Translations under genes and position numbers: made by a program | Origin: Camelus ferus | Lineage: Eukaryota | Direction of reading: 5' to 3' | Assembly (NCBI RefSeq): GCF_009834535.1 | Contig: NC_045697.1 | Span: forward strand, 96,784,001 to 96,848,000 | DNA length: 64,000 nt | Shown: piece by piece, positions 35,006-47,386 of the stretch | Layout: every line of letters begins with the position of its first letter | How positions within the stretch are numbered: position 1 is the stretch's first letter | Notes under the pieces: generated by a model | The model's database searches: none | The model's input: only the letters and a program-made list of their open reading frames with translations | What the model was told of the DNA's origin: nothing

Positions 35006-38000
35006 ACTTCTTTCACATCCTGAATGTTTTATTTTAATAGGGTTCCAGGGCACTCAAAGGGGAAAGATCTAGAAGTTGCTGCAAAATGCCATCTCTGTGA
35101 AGCCCATGTATTTGTGTGCTGCCACTGTGAAAGAAAGCAATGTATTTAAAATTTTTTTTCTATCTCAAAATCTAATATGAATAAATCGGGTTGGCAGAAT
35201 GTTTATCACATTGAGAATCCTTGAAGAAAGAGAGTGATAAAAATAGTACTTGGCCTTCTATCCCTTACAATACAGGATAGAGTATAGGGAAGTGTACAGG
35301 TAACTACAGATTGAAATACAGGAAGGCACTGAGAGATTTTTGTCCTGATAGATAACATGATCTAACTTTCCCTTCTAGTCCTCTGCCCATGTGTCCTTTT
35401 CTGAATCAATTGCTTCTCTTTCATCACCTGCAGATTTAGACAATTTGTCTTAATTGGCTGATGCAACATCGGAACTATATTCAAGTTTTAGAATAGGTGA
35501 AATATTTTTCTTAGGAATCAAGGTTTTTGTAAGAGTTATCATAATCCCTTCATATACTAAAGATGTGTTGATTAGATGTAGGCATTGAGAATATAGTGTT
35601 TAATGACCTAGGCTTCTGGACACAGGATCCCACAGTTAAGTTGGGAATGTAGTTTTTTTAAAATATTATAAAAAGTTTCATTACTAACATGCAAACCTTT
35701 CAGAGAAGAGTATCTGATACAAACTGTAAGAGAAAAAGACTTAAAGACCATTATTGGTTTAATTGACTCTTGAAGGATAAGAAAAAATTAAGCAGTTGAA
35801 GAAAAATGGGAAAGATGTTCTAAGACAGAGTAGGTAGTAATTACAACTGTGAAAGCATATGCTCCTATCAGGGAAGAACAAGGAATTCCTAATTTAAGTA
35901 GGTTGTTAGGATGACTTTCCAGTCTCTAGAGGGAAGTCAAAACTGTATTTCCTCCTGAAGAGGTTAGCTTTGTTGTACATGTAGGAGAAAATGTATTTCT
36001 CAACAACACAACTGGACCACTCTACTCAGGTAGAGTTGAGTAGAAGAGTAAGTTTTGTCAATAAGAATAAATGGGTTATACCCAGAACTAAAAGGGGTAT
36101 ATGTTCTTCTGACTCACATAACTTGCCCTTGGATGCCCTTGTTCCTTCTCAACCAGCTGCTAGGTTAGTGCAATCCTGAGCAACCTAGAGGAGATAGTTA
36201 GCCTTGGAAGACCAAAGGAGAATAAAGTTGACCCCATGCTGGAAAGAAAGCAGGAATAAATAGGCCACAAAATCTTCTCTGTCATGGGTTTATTTTTATG
36301 GGAGACATCTTAGCTTCTGGTGGTCTAGCCCAACTCAACAGATGCAGAAGCTAGGAAGAGTTTTGTGGTTCCTGTCCTGGCAGTAAATGAGAATGCATTT
36401 TCCAGTAATGTTGTCCACGGCATACAGAATAATCATCAGATGAACAGAAATAGATGCAGCGTAAAGACAGCTAATCAAAGAATAAGGAATTGGGTCTTTA
36501 TATTGACTACTTACACTCCAAAACAAGTAATGCCCGTAACAGTCAAAGACTCTTTGAAAAGCATCTGTTTTGTAATATTAATTTGACTAATAAAGTAATA
36601 CTGAATAAGATGAAAAAGAATTCATGTTCAAAAAATGAGGTTTCCAAAGAAGATTATGTGGTAGTCTAAAAGCTTTATTTAAATTCATAATTCCTAATAG
36701 TTTTTATAATAAATTATTACTCAAATTTGGGGGGAGGTTCTACAATATAGGCAGCATTCTCCGTCAGGCTTTATGTAAGTAGAAGTATGGAGTATGCATC
36801 TGTGTACCAATGTGTATCATCTTGATTCTATTCCTTCCACAAAAATTAGTCCCACAGTTTAGAATTTAAATTTACATTAATGTCTTTTGTGTTACATAGA
36901 TGTTATGAAATATTTTACCCTGTGAGCTGCTTAAAGGTTCCTACATTTCTCTAATTTTAAGCTTTGTCATCAACAGATACTTAGTAGAGGTTTCCTTAGT
37001 AAGAGATGGTTTTATATTAGATGCTGTAAAATCACAGTTCAAAATTACCTGAGTAAATTTATTTTCTTTAACAAGTACTTTATAAATATTCATTTAAAAA
37101 GTCATGTTTATGAATTGAAATGGTCCTTTACTAAATGTCCAATTACAATAATTTGACAAGTATAAATATACTTTGTGGCCAACAATACACTGATTTATGC
37201 AGATCCCATTAGATATGACTGTGAACTATAATTATCTGAGTGGACTATAATTTTGTCTGCCCAGTCATTCATAGAGTTTAATATACTCAACTGAGACTGA
37301 ATTTTCAAAGCTGTTTCTAACAGTGGCAATGATGTATGTGTCACCGCCCTTTCTAATTCTGTTTTTGCTTGAATAAATAATCTCAGCTAGAACCTCATTC
37401 ATGTTATTTTGCTCAATTCAACAGGTCCAAAACAAAATAAAAATAATATTAATAGCAAGTCATTCTTACTTAGTCTATAAGAAGGCTTGTTTGCAACCTT
37501 CGTAGGTACTTTTTCTCTTTGGTAAATTTGATCATTGGAGTTTAAACACATTAGTAGTTACACTATTGCCTTGATGAAGTAAATTGCCTCCGTTAGAGGG
37601 TATCATTTATGAGCAAGAAATGACAGTTAAAATATACGTGTCAAGTTTGAACAAAAAATTGCATGTCTACTCCCCTATTTTAAATGCATGATATCATTTC
37701 TCTTAACTTGATAGGTAAAATCTGTTTTTAGAATTTAATATGCCTTTAGTACTAGTAAATAACAATCCAACTTAATCACAAGAGAGCATATACAGGGAGT
37801 CCCTTTAGCAAGGTAAGTTTGCATGAAACCAAAACAACCATGTAGTTCAGAGGAATTACCTATTTTGGCATAATCCAGAAATACATGATACAAACACAAT
37901 GGAATAATACTATACTGATCCTGAACAGTCTCAATGTTTTGAAGGTTTTCAGTTGACATTCACCAAATAGTTCTGGAATGTAGCCGTATTTTCTAATTTT

Positions 38001-38106
38001 AGATGATATTCTATGAAGAAGAGAGTTTATTGTCATAGAGCAGTTCTTTCATTTCTTCTCAACTCAGCAGTAAGATTCAACTATTCTTTCTGAAAGTCTT
38101 CTAGTA

Positions 38107-38318
38107 CTGTTGGCCCTTGAACAACGTGGGGTTTAGGGGTGCTGACTCCCTGGGCAGTAGAAAATCCGAGCATAACTTGTAGTTATGCTCCATATTTACA
38201 GTTCTGCATCCTACTGAACCAACCTCAGATCATGTAGTATCGTAGTATTTATTGTTGAAAACATCTTCATATAAGTGGAAATGCACAGTTCAAACTCATG
38301 CTGTACAAGAGTCAACTG
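38107..38318. mobile_element. TcMar-Tigger MITE (MER8-like)
   Basis: TA target sites. TIRs ctgttggcccttgaacaac ... gctgtacaagagtcaactg. Confidence 0.85.
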
Positions 38319-38369
38319 TATAATATTGCCTTTATTGATTGTTTTTTTAAGCATAAAAGTAAGGTAAGT

Positions 38370-40255
38370 CATGCAATCCCAATCAAAACCCCAGCAAGTT
38401 AATTTATGGATATCAAACAATCAATGCTAAGGTTCATATGGAGAGGCAAAAAGTAGATGCTCTTTTTGTTTTGTTTTGTTTAAGAGAAACTTGTTATGAA
38501 ATTTAATTTTCCTTAATACAAACCTTTCTCCTACACCCACCCATTCTAGGGAGGAGTAGAAAACCCTCACCCCCTCCATTTGGGGGATTCCGTGTATAAA
38601 GCCTGAGATGATGAGGATGAAGAATATTAAGAAGAACAAAGTTGGAGAACTGATGCTATTTGACTTCAAAATTTACTATATAGCTATTATAATCAAGAAA
38701 GTGTTGTGCTGGCAAAAGAATAGACTGTTAGTAAAACAGAGTAGAGAACCCAGAAATAGAACTCCGTAAATATGATAAAAGGAGCAAAAGCAATACAATG
38801 GAGCAAAGATAGTCAGTCTTTTCAACAAATAGTGCTGGCATAACTGAATATCTACATCTCCCCCAAAAAAGAATTTGGACAGAGACCTTACACTCTTCAC
38901 AAAAATTAACTCCAAATGGACCTAGACATAAATGAAGACAAAAGTATAAAACCCCCAGAAGATAACAAGATAACAGGAGGAAACCTAGATGACCTTGGCT
39001 ATAGCAATGATTTTTTTTAGATAAAACACAGTAAAGACAAAATCTATGAAAGAAATAATTGATACATTGGATGTCATGAAAAACAAAACAAAACAAACAA
39101 AACCTTTTCTCTCTGAGAGATAATGTCAAGAGAATAAGAAGACAAGACACATAATGGTAGAAAATATTTGCAAAAGACACTTTTGATAAAGGACTGTTAT
39201 TCAAATTACACAAAGAACTCTTAAAACTCAACAATACTAAAACAGAAAACTGATTTTAAAATGGGCCAAAGAACTTAACAGATGCCTCACCAAAGAAAAG
39301 CTAGGGAAGAAAAATGAGCACATGGAAAGATCATATCATATGACATCAGGAAAATGCAAATTAAGACAAGATAAGATACCATTAAATACTTATTATAATG
39401 ACCAAATCTGGAACACTGACAACATCAAATGCTGGCAAGTATGTGCAACAATAGGAACTTTCATTCATTGCTGAGAATAAGAATGGGTGAGAATGCAAAC
39501 AATACAGCTATTTTGGAAGACAGTTTGGTGATTTCTTACACAACTCACCAACTCCATGCATTCTAGCAATCATGCTCTTTGACACTTGTTTACCAAAAGG
39601 AGGTGAAAACTTATGTCCACACAAAAACCTGCCCACAGATGTCTATAGCAACTTTATTCCTAATTGCCAAAACTTGGAAGCAATCAAGATATCCTTCAGT
39701 AGGTATACAGATAAAATGTGGTGTATCCAGACAATGAATATCATTCAGAGCTAAAAAGAAATGAGCTATCAAGCCATGAAAAACCAAGCAGGAAACCTAA
39801 ATGCATATTAGTAAGTGAAATAAGTCAATCTGAAAAGGCCTACATACTCCAACTGTATAGCTTTCTGGAAAAGGCAAAAATATGGAGACAATAAAAAGAT
39901 CAGTGTTTGCAAGGGTTTGGTGGAGGTGATGAGCAGAGATGAACAGGTGCAGCACAGAGGATTTTTAGGGCAAAACACTCTAATTTCTGACATTATAGTA
40001 ATTGATGTACGTTATACATTTCTCCAAACCCATAGAATGTACAACACCAAGAGTGAACCCTAAGATGAACTATAGACTTTAGTGATGATGTGTCATTTCA
40101 GTTCATCTTTGGTTTAAAAAAAACAAAAGCATCATTTTGGCGAGTAAAATTGATAATTGGGGGTGGGGATGCATGTGTTGGGGCAGGGGTTATATGGAAG
40201 TATCTGTATGTTTCTCTCAATTTTGTTGTAAACCTAAAACCACTCTAAGAATTTT
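38370..40255 (+). mobile_element. L1MC-type LINE, ORF2 3' end and 3' UTR
   Basis: atgcaatcccaatcaaaaccccagc, gtcttttcaacaaatagtgctgg, cacacaaaaacctgc, ccatagaatgtacaacaccaagagtgaaccct, aaacctaaaaccactcta. Confidence 0.9.
38461..38619 (-). pseudogene. Candidate truncated mRNA retrocopy (3' UTR end) inserted in L1
   Basis: Non-L1 block interrupting L1 ORF2. On minus, ATTAAA (38502-38507) lies about 20 nt before an A-rich tail (aaacaaaacaaaacaaaaag). Confidence 0.5.
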
Positions 40256-42314
40256 TTTTTTCCTAAAGGTAAGCTTACAGAAGATTAGAAATTATAAAAT
40301 TGAATGCAGCAATTTAAAAATCAATTGTAAAGAAAAAAATACTTGTTTCACAACACAAGTATTTGTTTCTTGGCCACTCCCATTTATCAAAGCAACTGGT
40401 CCCTGAATGTTCTTGAAGACTGTCTCTGAACTGCTTTCTACAAAACATAAACTCCATTGTTTGGTGATGTTTGCTTCTAGGATATCAGGGACACTATCAT
40501 TACCAGGGACAGTATCATTACCAGGAAGTGCTACAATTAGACTGACCCCTGCACCTTGGACCCCCAACCAACAGACTAGTCTTGAATACAGTGTTGTGTT
40601 CCATGTCAATATATGGAAATTATTTATCTTATATTTTGCAGTTATACTGTTATATGACTTGCAAAACAATATTAATTTTTCTCTAGATATATCACTGAAA
40701 TAAAAAATACATTTTTCATTGTTTTTAAAATAAACTTGACTCAATTTTAAAGTTAATCATGAGCCCATAGGAGGCTGGGCACAGTATATTCAAGGTAGGG
40801 AACAAATGTGAATTTTAATTAACAGCTGGCATGTATAAAACCGAAGGAATTTGAAATCTATAATCTTTAATGTCATTATAGGCAGGTGTACAAGACACAC
40901 TCCCTTGGAGAGAAATTTTTTTCCCCAAGACAGACTATTTCTTTCCAAGGGGCTTCCAATCTCTTTTGCTGGAACTTCTGCCCAGTCACATTGTCAGTTC
41001 ACTTCCAGAAGTCCAGACATGTTTGCAACGCAGCAAAGAGCTCAATTAAGACTCATGATGGACTTCTGCTATACCGTGAAATTATACAACATAACATTTC
41101 GTAATTCTATATATAGCATTAAGTATCCTGATACATGTTGTCATTTATTTTCTCCCTCATCTCCAAATTTTGTGTTTCTATGTTTTGTTCTGAATGTTTT
41201 CCTTGTTATTTGTATAAAAATTATTTTGATCACTTTATTATTGTCTATATACAGACACACTTTTTTCCCAATTTTATTTACTTGGAATTATGATTAAGGA
41301 GAAATGACAACAAATTTGATAATTTTTTCCCCACAGCAATTGCAAAATCATAAAAATTGCTATGCTCTTAAATTACTAAGGTCTATGTCCATTAAACTTT
41401 CAGTCAGTTTTGAAGATGATGTATTACACTACTTCAGAGGATGCTTGAGGTGAAGTTCCTTCTATACTAAGAATTTACCATTTCTATACACTTGCCTTCT
41501 ATGCATAACACTAGTTTTGGTTTGTAATTTTTGTATTCACCTTTGGGAAACAAATTCCCAAATTCCACATTCAAATGGTATTAAAATTAACTGTTTCATT
41601 GAGGAAAAAAATCATTTTTTGAGATAAATAAGACAGTGGCATAGGCTCACCCATGCTACATCTGTTGTTCCACCCTCTCCAATGGCACATAAGATGTATT
41701 GAATGCTTCCTAAAAAATGCCTGCACAATAGACCCACTCTGAGATGAAATCAGAAAAGTTCCGAAGTAAAAGGAATGTTCCCTTTCTCAGTAGGCTGGCT
41801 AATTGTATGTGCATTCATTTTGATTGATTTTTAAGACTGATGGAAAAATGTGACTTTTCAGTGGAGAAACAATTACAGCAGGAACTGCTATCCTTTACTG
41901 AATGAACAATGCTATTTATAAAGGAAGAAAATTACAAAAGGTTTGTTTCCTGCTGCTAATTTTGCTAAGGTACTGAATTAGTATGTCACTGCTGTGAGCT
42001 GCAGGAGACCTTTATGATACCTGAGCAGGAAGGAGGCACCCTGATGAGTGGTGTTAATCATCAAAAGCTCCAGTTAGTGAACGTGTCAACACGGGGCCAA
42101 AGAGGAATTACCCCGCCCCCCACCTTCCAAAGTCAGTGTGAAAGGTAATGTTAAGTAAAATCGAAGGTGACCCAAATCATTGATTAATTTTTTACTTGAA
42201 TCAATTAGAGGTAAGAAACAAAATTCTTGGAGGGAACAAGTGATTATGTTAAAGGAAAATCAACAACAAAATTAGTCCATCTCTATTTTCTTCTTTAAAG
42301 CTCTGCATCTAATT

Positions 42315-43265
42315 TATATTAGTTTGCTAGAGCTGCCTCAACAAAGTACCATAAACAAAGTGGCTTAAACAAACAGAAATTTATTGTTTCACAGTTCTGG
42401 ACTCTAGAAGTGCCAAATCAATGTGTCAGCATGTAATGGAGAAGAACAAACCTGACTCCATATTGGATCTATTCTTTTAAATCTAACCCTTGCCTGTGCT
42501 TAGTCATGCTGGTTCTTTACCTTTGTAGAAGAATGCTGCCTATAGCCTGAATATACATGACAGCGCATTCTTGAGGCTCTTACCTTGAAAGATAACATTT
42601 TTCTATTCATGTAGAGATAAAAAGTTGCAGAACAGAAAAGAACAATGGTCTTGTTGGACGTTTATAGGAATATTGTGACCAGCTGTAAGAACAAAGGATT
42701 CTGGCACCAAGAAGTTTGCAACAACCAACCACGCCTCTATTCCCTTTAGTACAAAAGAAGCCTGAATTCTAACTTGGGTAAGGCTGTTCTTTGGGATATT
42801 TCACCATCTTCTCAATATGCTAGCTTCCCCAGTAAATTTGCTATGCCTTGCCCCAATAACTCATCTCTCAATTTACTGGTCTGTCATGTGTTGAGCGGTA
42901 TGAGCTTGGACTCAGTAACAAGTGGGTTTAGATCTTTTCGAAGGCTGAGAAAAGAATCAGCTCCATGCATCCCCTCTGACTTCTGAAGGTTGTTGGCAAT
43001 CTTCGTCATGTAGAAATATCACCCATCTCTCCCTTCATATTCACATGGCTTTTTTTCTGTTTGTATGTCTATCTATAAATTCCCCTATTTTACAAGGAAT
43101 CCACTCATATGGGATCAGGGCCACCTTATGACCTCATTTTAACTTGATTATATCTGAAAGAGATCCTATTTCCAAATAAAACCATGTTCTGAGATGCTGA
43201 GGGTTAGGACTCCAACACAGCAACTTGGAGTAGGGTAGGGAGACACAGAATTCAACCAGCAACGT
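42315..43265 (-). mobile_element. MaLR LTR (MLT1C-like), split by an ERV1 LTR
   Basis: tattagtttgctagagctgc...aacagaaatttattgtttcacagttctgg; resumes after 42920; cctatttccaaataaa...gggttaggactccaaca. Confidence 0.85.
42432..42920 (+). mobile_element. ERV1 solo LTR (MER41/MER57-like)
   Basis: tgtaat...gtaaca termini, cctgactccatattgga near the start, 4-bp TSD agca/agtg. Confidence 0.8.
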
Positions 43266-44094
43266 GACTGACAAATAGTAAGCTGGATTTTCAACATATA
43301 GCTAAAATAATTTAAAGTTTGCTTGAGGGATGAAACATACACTTATCAAAAAGTTTGCAAGGTGCAGAAAATGGAAATATGTATATATTAAAGCTTTCTG
43401 AAATATTTGTAGATTAAAACTTTTTTGTTGTATTATTTGTAAAGATAGGGTCATTGAACGATAGCTCTGTAACTCCATTTTTTACATGAAGAAACCAAAG
43501 TTACCTTGATGTTGAAAGTTTAAAGCTAATCAGAGGCAGGACATGCAGTTTAGTAAGAAGACTAACAGAACCCCTGAAACAGAAGGCACACTTTACCCTT
43601 TCTGGGTAAATTTTGTACTCAGTAGGTCTTTTCACCTTCTAGCAGACATAAAACATGCAATTATTTTTTTAAAATTTTGTTATGTGAATAAAAGCATCAC
43701 ATGTAGGTTCTGGAGTGAAGAGTAACTCTTAAAGATATACATGGTACCTCTGTGAGCAAATAAAATTTTCATCAGAAGGAAGAACACTGTCAAAAAGAAT
43801 TAACATAGCATGTGTCGATACTGACCATAAAAGGATCATATTTTAATTTTCACAAGCCATGTAACATCTCTATTGTTATAAGGTCACTGCAAGAATGATT
43901 ATTACAAGGGTTATTTTTCACTTTATAGGTGGTAAATGTCAATGTGAACATGATAATGCTTTCAATCATCAGTGACCATATTGGACATATCTCACAAACA
44001 CATTTGGTTTCCACACCACCCATGTGTCCTAGGATTGACAGTTATCCTACTAGAAAACTGTTATTGAAACAGCTTGAGTAACAAAGGCTTGTTT

Positions 44095-44290
44095 TTCTCT
44101 TTATTTTATTTATTTGTTTATTTATTTATTTGGCGATGCAAAGATTTATTCTGTGGAAGACTTATTCCCTTCTTCGTAGTTTTCCTTCAATCTGGGTTTA
44201 AAATATGGGATTCTTGCCTCCCTAAGGCTATTTCCAGTGGTTGGGTACTGACAGGGAAGTCTGACCACTGACCTACTCCTATTTTCAGCT
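44095..44290 (-). pseudogene. Candidate truncated mRNA retrocopy (3' end)
   Basis: Minus strand: unique sequence, then AATAAA, 13 nt, then an (aaat)n A-rich tail. An open frame ends in the TAA inside the AATAAA. Confidence 0.45.
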
Positions 44291-44381
44291 AATTATGTTC
44301 GACAAGAAAACCTTGATTCAATCATATCATTTAGCAACTCATTTATTCTCCAGAACTTTAAAGTTTTTCTAAAATATTGTA

Positions 44382-44625
44382 GGGTGGGGGGTGGGAAGGG
44401 ATAGACTAGGATTTCAAAATTGTATGATAGATAAACAGGATTATACTGTATAGCACAGGGAAATATATACAAGATCTTATGGTAGCTCACAGAGAAAAAA
44501 ATGTGACAATGAATATATGTATGTCCATGTATAACTGAAAAATTGTGCTCCATGCTGGAATTTGACACAACATTGTAAATGATTATAAATCAATAAAAAT
44601 GTTAAAAAAATAAATAAAATAAAAT
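44382..44625 (+). mobile_element. Young camelid L1 3' end
   Basis: G-rich gggtggggggtgggaaggg, same 3' UTR as the 10812 and 21009 copies, A-rich tail. TSD aaaatattgta at 44371-44381 and 44626-44636. Confidence 0.95.
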
Positions 44626-45131
44626 AAAATATTGTATAACCAGCTGCTATGCTGTTTGCCTGTGTTTAGTCAAATGAGATTTTAATGCACTGTATTATGA
44701 CGAAAGCTGACCACGTTGGCCAACCTGAAGCAGCAACTATAATAGTGTAACTTACATGAGAGTTTTATACATTTGTAAAGTCCTCCTATCATGCTTTTTT
44801 ATTTTTTTAAACTAACTTTTGTTTTTGGAAGTGGATTGGCAGGAATTAAGGTCATTTATAGCATTGGGAGTTCATATTCATGAAATAATTTTTAAGAAAA
44901 ATATCTACCCTAGTGCTAAAAGAATTTTAATTTTTAGACCCTCACTTATTGTTTTCCTTTGTGGCTAAACTTACCGTGCTTACATAGCACTCTCTGCAAG
45001 ACTTAGTATAACATGTGTCACAACAAGTACTCAACAGATATCAAATGAATAGAACTGTTATGAGAATAACCAATAATTATTTTGAGCTTAAAAAAAAATC
45101 ACTAGACCCTTTTCAAGCTCTTAAAATCGAT

Positions 45132-45298
45132 CATTCCACTTAGTTATCATAGCAGCCCTAAGAAGTTAGTACTATTATTATTCCCATTTTACAGAGGAAG
45201 AAAAGGCTTAAAAAGGTGTTAACATTAACACAGTACAGATGGGTTTTAAACCCAGGGTGTCTAACCTCAGAACCCATTCTATAACAATTATACTGCAC
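45132..45298 (-). mobile_element. MIR SINE
   Basis: tactattattattcccattttacagaggaagaaa...aaacccagg...ctaacctcagaaccc. Confidence 0.75.
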
Positions 45299-47011
45299 TA
45301 CTTTTTAAATGTGGAGATAGTTAACAAAAGGTGCTAGAAAATATGTTTTGTTTTCATCACAGAATAATCTTATAATATCTGGAGACATTAAACTTCTGAG
45401 AAAGTGCTTTGAGACTGTTAAACCAAAGGCATCATTTCCTTACACTAGGTCAAGGCAGCCTTGGAATTTTCCTTCTAATAAACTTATGTTTAGAATTATG
45501 ATTATCAGATGTTCTTACAATGGTTTAGCAGGAGTTTACTATCTTAGGTTCTCACCATGAAGAATCTTTAAATAAAAAAGTATTAATAATCATTCTCCTA
45601 TATCCCCCCACCAAACCAAATCAAACCAAACAAAACCAGACAACTGGGCTCATATAAAAATAGCCTCAATGCCAAAGTTCTTTGTATTTGCAGGGTGCAT
45701 TCACGCAAGCACAGCAATCATGGCAAATAATTGTGGATTATCTATTTCCGAATCATTAGTCAACAGAATTTTTTAAAAACCTCAGTATTTTGACAGAAAT
45801 CAACTTATACTGAAATGTTGTATTCAGATATACTGTAATACATAGAGAAATAATTAATAAATTAGAAATAAACCCTGTGACATCACATCCGCCCTGATGC
45901 TAATTTAGGTAAGGATATGCTAATTACTTGACCAAGTCTGAGTCATATATCCCAGCACTGGAAACATTTTCTCATTTAAAAACCATTATTACTTGTAAAA
46001 TTAACTAGCATACATATGCAATACTATTTATTTTGTTTCCTTTTTTGAAAATCTGTTTTATGTAATTTTAATGAAAATTATTTTTAAAAATTTCTTACTG
46101 ATTTTTAAGGACTGAAAGAGACCAAACATATGAGTTCAAAGTAGTCAGTGGCAATATTATCTAGATTTAAAACTATTTTACAGCTATGTCAGAGAGGTAT
46201 ATATAATTAATACATGAATTTGAAGGGGAAAGCTAATGTACGGAGAACAGAGGAGCAACAGGCCCTACTATATTTAGTAACTGGTCATTTATTTTGAACT
46301 GATTACCTTGACTAATTCCAACTGTTGTAGAATTACTCAGAGGATCTTCCGGTATGGGGCGATTTCTCCTGTTCCCTGAAATTATAAGATATATATGACT
46401 TTCTGGTAAATAACACTTCTGGACTTCAATAAACAGAACAAACAGCATCAGCTTCATCTGGAAATATCTGAAGTTCCTAGTCACTATTGTTGTTTGAATA
46501 GTTTCAAATATGGTGCTCAAATCAGAGAAACATAACACAAAAGACTTCCTTGAATGAGGAATAATTTAGTTTCCTCTAAAAAAAAGCATATATTTGTGCA
46601 TGGTCCCAGTGCTTGTTGATTTATGATTAAAAGAGCTAGACAAATGTAGCCACAGAATTCAAATCTGCCTTTCAGAGATACCTGCTAACCTAGAGGTGTG
46701 GCTGTTCTGGAGGACTTAAGCATGCTGAGACCACTGGCCTGTGCATTTTGAGGAGATTATAAATATCATTACATTGTGTACTACAATACAGAAGAGAGAA
46801 GTCATTATTAAACATCTGCCAATGGATCAATGCCAATCTTTCTTTTTTTTCCATAGGCTGAGAAGAAATACACTCAAGCAGAGTTCTTCCATGCTAGATT
46901 GCATAGTGGAAGTCAGAACTCTTGGTTTGGTCCACCCACTTTGGTATGAACCCAGGCCAAGATTGTAGCCGCATTTGCAAGAACAGCATCATTGCCCGGT
47001 ACTCTAGGGTT

Positions 47012-47386
47012 TACTATTGGAAATGTTATATGTTTCTGTCCCCTTAAAATTCATCTGTTGAAACCCTAATGCCTAAAATGATGGTATTAAGAGGTGGGGC
47101 CTTTAGGAGGTACTCATTAGGTCATGAGGGTGAAGCCCTCCTGAATGGGATTAATGTCCTTATAAGAGACCCCATGGAGCTCCTTAGCCTCTTCCATCAA
47201 GTGATGTTACAGCAAAAAGACAACTATTTATGAACCAGGAAGTGGACTCTCACCAGGTACCGAATTATCCATCACCATGATCTTGGACTTTCTAGCCTCT
47301 AGAACAGTGAGAAATAAAATTCTATTGTTTATAAGCCATTCGGTTTTTTGTTGTTGTTGTTATAGCAGTCCAAGCAGACTAAGACA
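47012..47386 (+). mobile_element. MaLR LTR (MLT1A-like), near full length
   Basis: aaattcatctgttgaaaccctaat, gaggtggggcctttaggagg, gatcttggactttctagcctctagaacagtgagaaataaa, gcagactaagaca. Confidence 0.9.

Noticed and set aside
35900..36450. Possible ancient LTR with short inverted repeats (ctaggtt/aacctag, tagcttctg/cagaagcta)
   Set aside because: I could not assign termini or a family, and the inverted repeats are short enough to be chance.
38728..39234. Longest ORF in the track (168 aa)
   Set aside because: Antisense to decayed L1 ORF2, with F/L/C-rich composition typical of such artefacts.
42030..42075. Hammerhead-ribozyme-like core ctgatgag
   Set aside because: No GAAA, stem II does not pair, and there is no properly placed NUH cleavage triplet.
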